Source: Octopus sinensis
Lineage: Eukaryota
Assembly: GCF_006345805.1 (NCBI RefSeq)
Contig: NC_043023.1
Span: 2,666,001-2,730,000, forward strand
Direction of reading: 5' to 3'
Length of the DNA stretch: 64,000 nt
Both the position numbers and the translations under genes were made by a program. This document shows, piece after piece, positions 37,162-49,360 of the stretch. The notes under the pieces were generated by a model. The model was not told where the DNA came from, did not search any database, and worked only from the letters and a program-made list of their open reading frames with translations. Each line of letters starts with the position of its first letter. The first letter of the stretch is position 1.

Positions 37162-38030
37162 GCTCTGCCAGTGCATACTAATTTAGTTAACATGTATTTT
37201 TTCTTGATTGTTTGGTGACAGCAACTTCTCAAATCTCAAGGGTCTTCCTGAAGATTGTTGCAGAATATAGGATGGTACTTTTCTGCAGGTCAACAATGCA
37301 AGTTTCAATTCCAACCTTTTCCACTCTTTTAGGTAGCATTTTGCGTGTTGTGCCAAGAACACCAATTACTACCTGAATAATTGTTGATTTAGTCTTCCAG
37401 AGTCTCTCCAGCTCTCTGGTTTTTTTTTCAATTTCTTTGGTGTTGACTCTGCTATCATAAGAAATTATAAAACCTATGTTCTCAGAGTTTGCCAACTTTC
37501 TCCTTTGCAATTATATCTGCTCTTGTTGCTTCAGTAGTATGTTCAGGTTTATGGTGAAGTCACACAAGTTCTTCTAAATCTCATGTTCTATCACAGCCTC
37601 TTGTTCATGTCCCTGCCATTTTTCTGTTCTTTTGAAACCACACACTCAGTTAACACCCCAGCCTTTTGCCTGCACAGTCATATCTGCATTTATACTCCTT
37701 TTATGCTAGCACACTGCACTCACTGATGAGTTTTGTTCATCTTTGCCTTTCTCAGATTTGTTCTTAAGGCTTCCACCTATGTAATTATAATTAGTGTTTC
37801 TGTTTCTCATTTCAAGTTCCAACCTCTCGACCACAGCCAGCAATCTTCACTTCCTACATTCTCGGTTTCTTGCAGGAATTGGTCATGCAGTTCCATTTCT
37901 TTCCATTTGTTTATTTTGTTGTTCTTCCTTTTCTCTTTGAATTCTTCTACTGTTTCAGTCACTTTTTGGGTATCTTTGGCTGTCGATAGTATTCTTTCTT
38001 TATACTACACAACATAAACTTTTCACACCC
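37105..38030 (-). mobile_element. Decayed R4/Dong-like RLE LINE 3' part with (AAT)n tail
   Basis: WKEMELHDQF...ETETLI..ALRTN...LISECSVLA*KEYK...LWKTKSTIIQVVIGVLGT...LQKSTILYSATIFRKTL; (TTA)n at 37105-37160. Confidence 0.8.
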
Positions 38031-38434
38031 ATTATTAACAATGTCTTCTGCATTTACTACTACTACTACTACTACTACTACAGTCATTTATTTTCATTCC
38101 ACAATTCCCTTCCCCATTCTCTAAGATGTCATGACATTCATTGATGTCAAGGACATCATCCATTCTCTCTCTCTCTCCTTCTCTCTGTGCATATATATAT
38201 GTATTTATATGTGTGTGTATGTATGTGTACTGGCTGCCCACTCTATCTTTTCTTCTTCCTACCTCAGTCTTCCTTTCCTCCTCCCTCTCTATCTAGTTGT
38301 CTCTTTCTTTCTCTCCTAGCTACCCACTCTCTTTCTCTCTCCCTCATCCCATCACTGTTTTCATTCCATCCCCCACTTCTTTCTCCTTTAGTCTATTAAT
38401 CTAGCTAGATAGCTAGCAGTGTATTTATACACCT

Positions 38435-38479
38435 ATCTATCTACCTACCTATCTATCTATCTATCTATCTATCCGTCTG

Positions 38480-38513
<34 letters not shown>

Positions 38514-38515
38514 CG

Positions 38516-38550
<35 letters not shown>

Positions 38551-38657
38551 GTCTATCTATCTATCTATCTATCTATCTCTCTATCTGTCTGTCTATCTAT
38601 CTATCTATCTATCTCTCTGTCTATCTGTCTGTCTATCTATCTATCTATCTATCTACT

Positions 38658-38688
<31 letters not shown>

Positions 38689-38715
38689 CTATTCATCTAT
38701 CTATCTATCTACCTG

Positions 38716-38763
<48 letters not shown>

Positions 38764-38770
38764 CCTATCT
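38435..38770. repeat. (TATC)n microsatellite
   Basis: Direct inspection. Confidence 0.95.
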
Positions 38771-39083
38771 GCATACCTACCTGTCTGTTTACCTATTTGC
38801 CTACCTGTCTGTCAGTCTCTCTGTCTGCCTGTCTGTTTATCTACATCTCTTTCTTTCTCTTTCTCCCCTCTTTCTCTCCTTCTTTCTTTATCTCTCTCTC
38901 TTTCTCTTTCTCATTCTCCCCTTCTCTCTTCGCAAATTCTTCTCCAGGCAATATGGTAACAGACAGTCCACCCTGCCCCACCCCACTGGTTCCTTTACCA
39001 ATTTTCCTTTAACTCAAAGATCTCACTGCATTACTTAACACCGAACATATAATACACAAGCACTTTGCCAAACCAACCCCTCT

Positions 39084-39133
<50 letters not shown>

Positions 39134-39266
39134 ACACACACACACACACACTGTTTCTCTAACACTCTCTCCCTCTTCCTCTCTATTTCACTTTTCTGCT
39201 TCTCACACCTCTCACGATTCTGTCGTGTCTGTTTCTGTATGTCTCTTTGTATTGGCATGTATGTGC

Positions 39267-39312
<46 letters not shown>

Positions 39313-39506
39313 TCATATATCTCTGTGTGTATGTGTATATATGTAGGTTATGTATGTATTAGTGTATGTGTATATGTATGTGTTGGTATGTATGTGTGTG
39401 TGTATTATATAGATATATATATATAAATGTACATATATATATAAATGTGTGTACCTGTGTGTATATATATAAATGTGTATATATAAATTATATATATAAA
39501 TATGTA

Positions 39507-39561
<55 letters not shown>

Positions 39562-40444
39562 GTGTACCTGTGTGTGTATATATAAATGTATATATATATA
39601 TATATGTGGTGTGTACCTGTTATATTATATATATATATGTATGATTTGTATGTGTATATATATGTATGTGTGTTTACCTGTGTGCTATATATATATATAT
39701 ATGTACATATGTGTGTGTTGTTTATATATAATATATATATATATATATATATGCATGTGTGTATATGTTATGTATGTAATATATATATATATTATATATT
39801 TGTATATATATTTGTATCTATATATGTGAATGAATGAATGAATTTCCATTCCTTAAGTCTTCCTTGCTCATTTATTCCTTACACCTTTCTCTTCTTTCTC
39901 TCCTTCCTTCCTTCCTTACCGTCTTCCTTTCTCTCTTTCTTTCTTTCCTTCTTTCTTTCTCTCATTCGCTTTTCATTCCTTTCATACTCTTACACACTTC
40001 CCTCCTCCCCCTTCCCAGGACCCACCCCTACCCCACTTGTCTTCCTTACTTCCTTCCTTCTTTCCTTCCTTCCTTCCTTCCTTCTCACCCACATTCTCCC
40101 CTCCCCTACCACTCCACCGCAGCCAACACCACCGCCAACACCACCGCCGCCACCACCAACACCACAATCACAACCATCAGTGTCACCACCACTACCAACC
40201 ACCACAGCCACCATCCACCACCACCACCGTCCCCCCCCTTCCCCCTTCCTCTCACCCTCACCCCGTCTTCTCACCCATCCCCGTTACATCTGTCCTCCTA
40301 TACAAAACTACAATCTTACATTATACACTAACACTGAGCGACCTTTTCCATAAAAGCGTTCACCATCAGCAGTTCTGATTCTTGGACAAAAATATGCCTT
40401 TGGGGCCTCTTCAAGACTACTGTGAAATCAGAAACACACACACG

Positions 40445-41336
40445 CATACACATACATACATACATACATATATATACATATATATATATACATACACTTG
40501 TATAAATACATTCATTGATATATGTATGTATGTATGTATGTATGTGTGTATGTATGTATGTATGTATGTATGTATGTATGTATGTGTGTATGTATGTATG
40601 TATGTATGTGTGTATGTATGTGTGTATGTATGTATGTATGTAGGTATGTATGTGTGTATGGTGTATGTATGTATGTATGTATGTATGTATGTGTGTGTAT
40701 GTATGTATGTATGTGATGTATGTATGTATGTATGTAGGTTTGTATGTGTGTATGTATGTGTTGTATGTATGTTGTATGTATGTATGTGTGTGTGTAGTAT
40801 GTATGTGTGGTGTATGTATGTATGTGTGTGTGTATGTATGTATGTGTTGTGTATATATGTATGTATGTGTGTATGAGTAAGTGTGGTGTGTGTTATGTAA
40901 ATGTGTGTGTTGTATGTATGTATGTGTAGGGTTTGTGTATGTATGTATGTATGTGTGTGTGTGTGTGTGTGTATGTGTGTGTGTGTGTGAGAATTTATAT
41001 GCAACATGTTGTTATGTGTGTGTATATGTGTATGTCGTGTTTTGTGATACGGCTAATAAGCTAGCTCTGACTTTGTGAAACATGTACACTTGTTGCAGTC
41101 TTATGTGTGCACACGTGTGTGTGTGTGTGTGTGTGTATAGATATGTATATGTACAAGTCAGCAGTGTATGTACAGCATCATAAAAATTGTGAGTTGCATA
41201 CATACATATATACACACATACATACATATATACACACATGCATACATACATACATACATGCATATACATACATACATACATACATACATACATACATACA
41301 TGCATACATACATACATACATACATACATACATACA

Positions 41337-41398
<62 letters not shown>

Positions 41399-41550
41399 CA
41401 CACATGCATACATGCATACATACATACATATATACACACATGCATACATACATACATACATACATTCATGCATACATACATACATGCATACATACATACA
41501 TTCATGCATACATACATGCATACATACATACATACATACATACATACATG
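40445..41550. repeat. (CATA)n/(TATG)n/(TG)n compound microsatellite in both orientations
   Basis: Direct inspection. Confidence 0.92.
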
Positions 41551-42568
41551 TATGTATGTACGTATCTATAACAGCATATATGTTGCTATAGACACATGTA
41601 TTTGTATATCAATATTCACGTGTGGATATGTATGTTTCTAAATTTATACAGATATCTATCTATCTATATGTCTGTCCTGTCTCTCTCTCTCTCACTCTCT
41701 CTCTCTATCAATCTATCTATCAGTCTGTCTGACTAACAATTTATCTATCTATCTATACCTATTTATCTATACCTATCGATCTATATCTATCTATCTATCC
41801 ATCTATCCATCTATATGTATATATATATGTGTTTGTCTATGTGTGTGTGTGTGTGTATGTATGTATATATATATATGTGTGTGTGTGTATGTATGTATAT
41901 ATATATACATGTGTGTATGTATGTATGTATGTATATATATATATATACATGTGTGTATGTATGTATGTATGTATGTATATATATATATATACATGTGTGT
42001 GTATGTATGTATGTATATATATATATATGTGTGTGTGTGTGTATGTATGTATATATTAAATATATCATAATATAAGCAGCCCATTTGCAATTAAAACCTG
42101 GTACTACTTTGTATCCTTGTTTATATATGTATGTATATATATATATTATCCTTCCTTAGTATTATTTTTTGTTACTTACATAACTGCTACTATTCTTGTT
42201 GTAGTTGTTATTGTCGATGATGATGTACATAAACACATGTATACACTTGTCATACGTATCTTTGTCTTTATGTGTTCGCACCTAACTACACACGCACCAA
42301 CAAACTAATAAACACACACACAACTCTAACACACCTAACACATACTTGCACACACGCACACACACACACACATCCTATCTATAGTGAAAGCCAGATATTC
42401 CTCCAAGACAAATCTGAAAGGAACAAGAATATTGTATAGGGCTGTGTTTGGAGAGTGGGACTACAAAACTGAATGTTTTCGATAAGACATTGGCAAGAGG
42501 TGAGAGGGAGAGAAGACAGAATTGATGTGTTCAATAATATATATTAAGGTTTCAATATTTTTATATAC

Positions 42569-42727
42569 ATCTGGTATGATTCTTCTCCATACCATACGAA
42601 TATGACTCTCTGATATCGCTAGCAACTTCCTGTACCAGATAAGCAATCAATTCCACATAACGCACAACTACAATGAAATATTCAACGAAAACAACATAAA
42701 GTTTAGTTACAGCTGCTCAGATAAAAT
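42569..42727 (+). pseudogene. PLE RT-endonuclease linker remnant
   Basis: IWYDSSPYHTNM..DIASNFLYQISNQFHITHNYNEIFNENNIKFSYSC resembles the PLE WFNPPY...KIFNRN.VK.SYSC linker. Confidence 0.6.
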
Positions 42728-43029
42728 ACTCTTGTAGTTTCTCCACTATTAACAAAGATTGGGTTTGTTTTCCTTTCTGGTTGTTTTTGTTTTGTTTAGT
42801 TTTTTTTTATTGATTTGTCTGAGGGGGAAGGACATCACCCGTGATCCTAGAATATCATCATATCATCACGTTCCCGTTCGTCGGACAGTTTTGTTAAATT
42901 GAACTGATATAACAATTCTATCAAGAATCATCATTATTGTTTCAACGTCCACTTTTCTATTCTTTCATGGCTCAGGTGAAATTTGTCGAGGCAGATCAAT
43001 ATTTCTCATACGCTTCTCTGTCTCCTCTC

Positions 43030-43079
43030 TCTATAGACATATAAATATGAAAATATATGTATGTATATGTATGTATGTA

Positions 43080-43123
<44 letters not shown>

Positions 43124-43196
43124 ATGTATAATATATATATATGTATGTATATGTATATATATATATATGTATGTATATTATATATATATATGTATG

Positions 43197-43228
<32 letters not shown>

Positions 43229-43446
43229 GTATGTATAGTATATATATTATATGATGTATATATATTCTATATATATATATATGTATGTATAGTATATGTA
43301 TATATATTATGTATATGTATATATATATATATGTATGTATATGTATATATATATATGTATGTATATGTATATATATAGAGTTGTATATGTATATATATAT
43401 ATATATATGTATGTATATGTATATATATATATATGTATGTATATGT

Positions 43447-43487
<41 letters not shown>

Positions 43488-43700
43488 ATATATATATATA
43501 TATGTATGTATATGTTGTGGTATATATATATATATATATATGTATGTATATGTATGTGTATATATATATGTATGTATATGTATGTGTATATATATATATG
43601 TATATATATGTATGTATATGTATGTGTATATATATATATGTATATATATGTATGTATATGTATGTGTATATATATATATGTATATATATGTATGTATATG

Positions 43701-43764
<64 letters not shown>

Positions 43765-43770
43765 AATACA
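43030..43770. repeat. (TA)n/(TATG)n microsatellite
   Basis: Direct inspection. Confidence 0.95.
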
Positions 43771-44154
43771 TAAAACAATTTTATCAAGTAGCATTGAAGT
43801 GTTGAGTGAGTCATATATTTTTTTTAGAAATTAAAATATCTCCTTACACAGAAAACTCTGTTAGTTGGCCACTTTTTCCATTTATAGCAGTATTTTTACC
43901 TGCATTTCTAAAGCTGCTTTCACAGCTATTCCCCTCTATTCAAGAATTTTCTTAAGTTCTAAATGCATACATGTTTATTTAATTTAGTGATTTTTAGAAT
44001 AATATTTATTATAATATATTTAAATTCTTTCTATATGATATTATATAGATAATATCTTTTACTATCAATTGAATTACTTAATAGAGGTTATTTCTCTCAA
44101 TTATATATATATATATATAAACTTTATTTAAAAGCAGCAGAAATTCAACAAAAC

Positions 44155-44192
44155 CTGTTACTCGGAGTTTCACGTTCCCGTTCGTCGGACAG
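44155..44192 (-). ncRNA. Minimal type I hammerhead, U4C variant core
   Basis: CTGT CCGACGA ACG ggaa CGT GAAAC TCCGA GTA ACAG. Confidence 0.65.
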
Positions 44193-44329
44193 TTTTGTTA
44201 AAATTGAACTGATATAACAATTCTATCAAGAATAGTATAAACGTTACACCTTTAAAAGTCCATTTTTAAAGATGTAACGTTTATACTATTCTTGATAGAA
44301 TTGTTATATCGGTTCAATTTTTAACAAAA

Positions 44330-44367
44330 CTGTCTGACGAACGGGAATGTGAAACTCCGAGTAACAG
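44330..44367 (+). ncRNA. Minimal type I hammerhead, canonical core
   Basis: CTGT CTGACGA ACG ggaa TGT GAAAC TCCGA GTA ACAG; GUA site after 44363. Confidence 0.78.
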
Positions 44368-44471
44368 GTTTTGTTGAATTCTGCTGCTTTTAAATAAAGT
44401 ATATTACTCTACCCCTGGTATTGAGTACCCTTTTTTCCCAACATTGTTTCACATTTAGGTGTTTACTCCGG

Positions 44472-44507
<36 letters not shown>

Positions 44508-44892
44508 ATAAAATGGTAAGACAACAAAAGAATGAAGAGACCTCGATATTATGTAAATAGAGGAAGTTTTAACATGGCTACCGAATAATTGTCACGCATT
44601 ACATTTACAGGTATATATATATATATATATATATAGCTTGTCCAACGTATGCTAGCATGGAAAGCAGATGTTAAACGATGGTGATGATGATGATGATAGC
44701 AAATAAGGCAAATAAATTAAGGGTAAACCACTTTTTACCCCCACCCGTATATGACACTCAGTTGCGAGATTGGCCTGCAATAACCAGCACTTGGGTACGA
44801 ATAATTGGGCACACTACCAGCAGTATATTGGACAGGTACTATCTGTTTGTAGGTTGGTTTCCAAACCTCTGACTCACACAGAAATATATATA

Positions 44893-45179
44893 TCTTTATA
44901 TATAAAACTGAAGTTGTGTGAGAGTCTGTCTCCTCTGATTTAGATTCCTAACTACTCCCACATATTGTGGTGCAGTTTAACCAAAAGCAGGTATCTTATA
45001 GTCGTGATTTATATTGAGCCCTTCTGGGTATTAGCGCGCATCTACGATTTAAAAAAAAAATTTATCATCATTTTTTCGCTTTTTTAATGCATTTTTTGCT
45101 CGGTTTATATAAGGGAAGTAACTCTCTAAAAATGCTTTTATAGTTATTTCCCTTATGCAAACCCGAGCAACGCCGCTAG
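44893..45179 (+). mobile_element. Non-autonomous Helitron, deleted copy of 31191-31583
   Basis: A|TCtttatatataaaa ... cccgagcaacgccg CTAG|T; internal and hairpin deletions. Confidence 0.85.
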
Positions 45180-45228
45180 TATATATATATATATATATCA
45201 TATATGTGACACTTATTCGGTAGCCATA

Positions 45229-45287
45229 ATAAAACTCCGCGTTTCAGATGTCAGGGCAGAAACCCACGCCGCCATCTCTTCAGTTAT
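45229..45287 (-). ncRNA. Type I hammerhead ribozyme
   Basis: ATAA CTGAAGA GATG...CATC T GAAAC GCGGA GTT TTAT; GUU site. Confidence 0.65.
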
Positions 45288-45596
45288 CAAGCCATAAAAA
45301 AAATGTTACTTATTCTATTATTCTAAAATGTTTTTCCATGCTGGCCACTTGATAAGATCGTTGTTTTATTTTAAATTAACGATCTTATCCTTATTTATAT
45401 ATATATATATATATATAAGTTCAGCAAAATTTAGATTCAGATGAATATGATACTTAAGTTAAAGGCATCAGAATTTGGTATGGTATTATCCATATAAATC
45501 AAATGGGGCGATTAAGCAACAAGACTCTCTTTGTAATGTTGGCAAATGGAATAAGTATAAAAATGAACATTGTCTATTTAATTAAAAACTTCTATA

Positions 45597-45680
45597 TGTG
45601 GCTGAAGAGTGCTCTACATTTTAAAACTAATGTAATACTTTGTTTAATTAAATGAAGTAGCATGAAACGATTGTACTACA
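45597..45680 (+). ncRNA. Type I hammerhead ribozyme
   Basis: TGTGG CTGAAGA GTGCT...AGCAT GAAAC GATT GTA CTACA; GUA site after 45675. Confidence 0.75.
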
Positions 45681-45713
45681 CTACCTTGGATATCCTTATA
45701 TATATATATATAT

Positions 45714-47414
45714 GAATAAATGAAAGAATGACGATGTTAACAAAATTCCTTTACTCTCAACATGTTTCGAAGACAGCATGTTTTCATTCCAAAGGAATAA
45801 AGGGTGCATTATGCAATCTTCTCATCAGGAAAGAAAGGGAGCCTCTCTCAACGACAAGACAAACAAAAATTTTGATGATTGCCTACATGGTAAACAAAGC
45901 GATAATGAGTGTTTTTTTAAAAAAACCGTTAGAAGAATTGACGTCAAAGTTAGATAGTAGAAAGAGAAGGGATAAAGTAATAATAGGTAGGGAACAGTAT
46001 GTTTGCTGTATGCATGGAAATGTGTGGGTGTGTGCTTGTGTTAATGAGTGCGTGTGTTTGTGTGTGTGTATGTGTGTGTGTATAACTGCATTTGTGTCTG
46101 TGTGTGTGAGAGAGAGACAGCCGTCAAAAATAGATAGTAGGAAGAGAAGGGATAAAGGAATAATATGTAGGGAACAAGTGGAGAGGGAAGGGTACGTTGA
46201 TTGAAAGAATGTTCGAAGGCTTAGGAAAGAATTTCTCTATAGCAGTGGGGTCGACGTAAAGCTAATTGTTCAAACCACAGTGGACTATCGTTATCATTTA
46301 TATGAGTAGAAAGTGTTGTTTCTGCCAGTGTTTACATTTGTACGATTTTTCCTATGAGTGGTGTTTACTAGGGGAACCTTAGAGAGAAGAATATGGAAGA
46401 GTTCAGAGTTACAAATGTTACAAAATCTCCTGCCTTATCAAAAGGAAAGGATACAGACTGTATGAACCAATTTAACTTGAAAATTATCTTGTTGTCTTTA
46501 AGACGCCAAACTATTTACTTAGCCCTGTACTATGCCATTTTTACTATCCCTGAATGTTGACTAGTGGTTTGAAATTCTCTTGGATACTGGGAAGTGGACG
46601 CTCCTATATAGAAGAAGACATCGGTACCGGAAAATTCTACACTGGTAAATAGAATTCTTATCTAGAATTACTAGACAAAAATTTAATTCTGTTAGGGTTG
46701 TCCTCCGAGATCGAACAAAGTTTTTTATTGTTTTATTGTTTTTACTATTATTATTGCGCGCTAACAACTACACTATTTCTATTATTATTAGTATTATTAA
46801 TGGTATTACAACCAGTAATACCACCGACAATAATACCGTTATTGTTGTACCATCAACACTACCATTGTTATTAACACGACTAATACTATTATTAATATTA
46901 CATTGTTAACACTTTCGCTGCTACCAATGCTGTTACTATTAATACTATTCCTATTATTATGATTGTATGATGGGTTGGAATTAGCAAGATTAGTGTTGGA
47001 ACTCCCGGGTGAAGAATCTTTGTTTAGCAGCTTGGTATTGTGGGAAGATATAATTTGTGAAGATTCCTAGTGTTAGAGAAAGCTATTCTGACCTTGTGGG
47101 AATTGATAATAGAATGATATCTAGAATTTCTGGGAAAGTTCCTAGCAACGGCTTCACGGAACTGTAAGGGAAGGTTCGATTTAATTTGTTTTCCAAAAGG
47201 TATTACGAACCAGATACAGTTTTTTGTGGCCTTTGAATTGTTCTTAGTGTTATTTGTGATAGTAAGGGGAAAATTTCTGGGTTGGAAATTTGGGGTTGCA
47301 TGGCGCTTGCCTCAGCTAGTCCGTGTTTCTGACGTGGATTTGCTACCCAGGTTTCGGTTAAACGAATTTTCCATGCTGACGATAAACATAGGATAATTCA
47401 TTCACCTACTTAAA
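45714..47414 (-). mobile_element. 5'-truncated Penelope-like element with C-terminal GIY-YIG endonuclease remnant and 3' HHR
   Basis: Linker IWFVIPFG...RNFPRNSRYHSIINSHKVRIAFS (about 47212-47060), NSIYQCRI (46636-46656), YIGA (46602-46610), KRISNH, WRLKDN..W, CNICNSE, KCKH, stop at 46298-46300; (TA)n at the 3' end. Confidence 0.82.
45754..45833 (-). ncRNA. Type I hammerhead ribozyme in the PLE 3' pseudo-LTR
   Basis: CTTTC CTGATGA GAAGA...TCTTC GAAAC AT GTT GAGAG; canonical core; palindromic ACATGT; GUU site. Confidence 0.82.
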
Positions 47415-47423
47415 TATATATAT

Positions 47424-47717
47424 GGCCGATGCCAGCGCCGCCTCGACTGGCTTCCGTGCCGGTGGCACGTAAAATACACTAATCTGACCGTGGTCGTTGC
47501 CAGCCTCGCCTGGCACCTGTGTCGGTGGCACATAAAAAAGCACCCACTATACTCTCGGAGTGGTTGGCGTTAGGAAGGGCATCCAGCTGTAGAAACATTG
47601 CCAGATTAGACTGGAGCCTGGTGCAGCCTCTCGGCTTCCCAGACCCCGGTCAAACCGTCCAACCCATACTAGCATGGAGAACGGACGTTAAACAATGATG
47701 ATGATGATGATGATGAT
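47424..47717 (+). mobile_element. RTE 3' UTR fragment with (GAT)n tail
   Basis: Homologous to 343-620 (reverse) and 17400-17620. Confidence 0.85.
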
Positions 47718-47924
47718 ATATAGTCAATTCAAATAAACAAAGCACTCAAACATAAAAAAAAAACAAATGTGAGGACATGCACAAGAAACGTATAAGCTTG
47801 AAAGGTGAACGCTTGATGTTTTGGGCATAGCTCTTCATCAGGAATGAGGAAGGGAACACTCCAAAGATGGAGAAGAAATCACCAACGCCACCCATGTAGC
47901 TACATCGCTGAAGTGACTGGAAAT

Positions 47925-48007
<83 letters not shown>

Positions 48008-48290
48008 ATACACACACACACACACACACACATTCATGCATAACTAATTTCATGATTTTTTTTTTCCAAGCTTGTTTTACGTTTGTTTTTCCAGGCTCAC
48101 TCGGATATAATTCATTTAGGCAGATTCTCCATGGTTCGGTGCTCTTCCCATCACCAACCAATGTGTTTTTAAGAAATGTGTTTGTTTTTTTTTTTTATCC
48201 CTTTAGTCATCAAATTCGTTAAACTATAAACATCTTTGATCACAAATCTGTTTCATTATGACTGACCTTGAGATTAAACATCAACTACAG

Positions 48291-49360
48291 CCACTAACTA
48301 CTATTCTGCACATTTGATGATGTAGTCCTAGATACACTATGTCTGAATAATAGATGGGGTGATCACAGCTGGAAAGCCTTTGATCATAGGCCTGTTCAGT
48401 CAGGACTAACCGGGGGTTAAACAACCACAGCCACTAACTGCTATACTGCACATTAGATGATGTAGTCCTAGATACACTATGCCTGAATAAAAGATGGGAT
48501 AGTCACGGCTCTTTGATCATAAGCCTATCTGGATCTAGACACACCACTAATACTAACTACTATACTGAACATTAGATAATGTAGTCCTAGTTACACTATG
48601 TCTGAATAATAGATGGGATGGTCACAACTGGAACGTCTTTGATCATAAGCCTATCTGGATCTAGACACACCACTAATACTAACTACTATACTGAACATTA
48701 GATAATGGAGTCCTAGATACACTATGGCTGAATAAATGATGGGATGGCCACAGCTGGAAAGCCTTTGATCATAGGCTTGTGCAGTCAGAACTGACCTGGG
48801 GTTAACCAACAACAACTATTGCCACTAATACTAATTACTATACTATACATTAGATAATTTAATCCTAGGTACACTATGGCTGAATAAAAGATGGGATAGT
48901 CACGGCTCTTTGATCATAAGCCTATCTGGATCTAGACACACCACTAATACTAACTACTATACTGAACATTAGATAATGTAGTCCTAGTTACACTATGTCT
49001 GAATAATAGATGGGATGGTCACAACTGGAACGTCTTTGATCATAAGCCTATCTGGATCTAGACACACCACTAATACTAACTACTATACTGAACATTAGAT
49101 AATGGAGTCCTAGATACACTATGGCTGAATAAATGATGGGATGGCCACAGCTGGAAAGCCTTTGATCATAGGCTTGTGCAGTCAGAACTGACCTGGGGTT
49201 AACCAACAACAACTATTGCCACTAATACTAATTACTATACTATACATTAGATAATTTAATCCTAGGTACACTATGGCTGAATAAAAGATGGGATGGTCAC
49301 AGCTGGGTCTTCTTTGATCATAGGTCTACTGGATCAGGACTGACCTGGGGTTAAGCAAGA
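48291..49360. repeat. Satellite of eight 113-152-bp monomers with a 397-bp higher-order repeat
   Basis: ccactaa starts at 48291, 48431, 48544, 48670, 48822, 48941, 49067, 49219. Confidence 0.92.

Larger units (their letters stand above)
44121..44400. repeat. Inverted repeat, about 137-bp arms, short spacer; PLE pseudo-LTR-like
   Basis: Arms 44121-44258 / 44264-44400 with a few substitutions; right arm extends to about 44475, then (TA)n; partial third copy at about 42866-42930. Confidence 0.9.

Noticed and set aside
48094-48170. Strong polypyrimidine/CAG acceptor-like site
   Set aside because: No convincing donor or recognisable reading frame.
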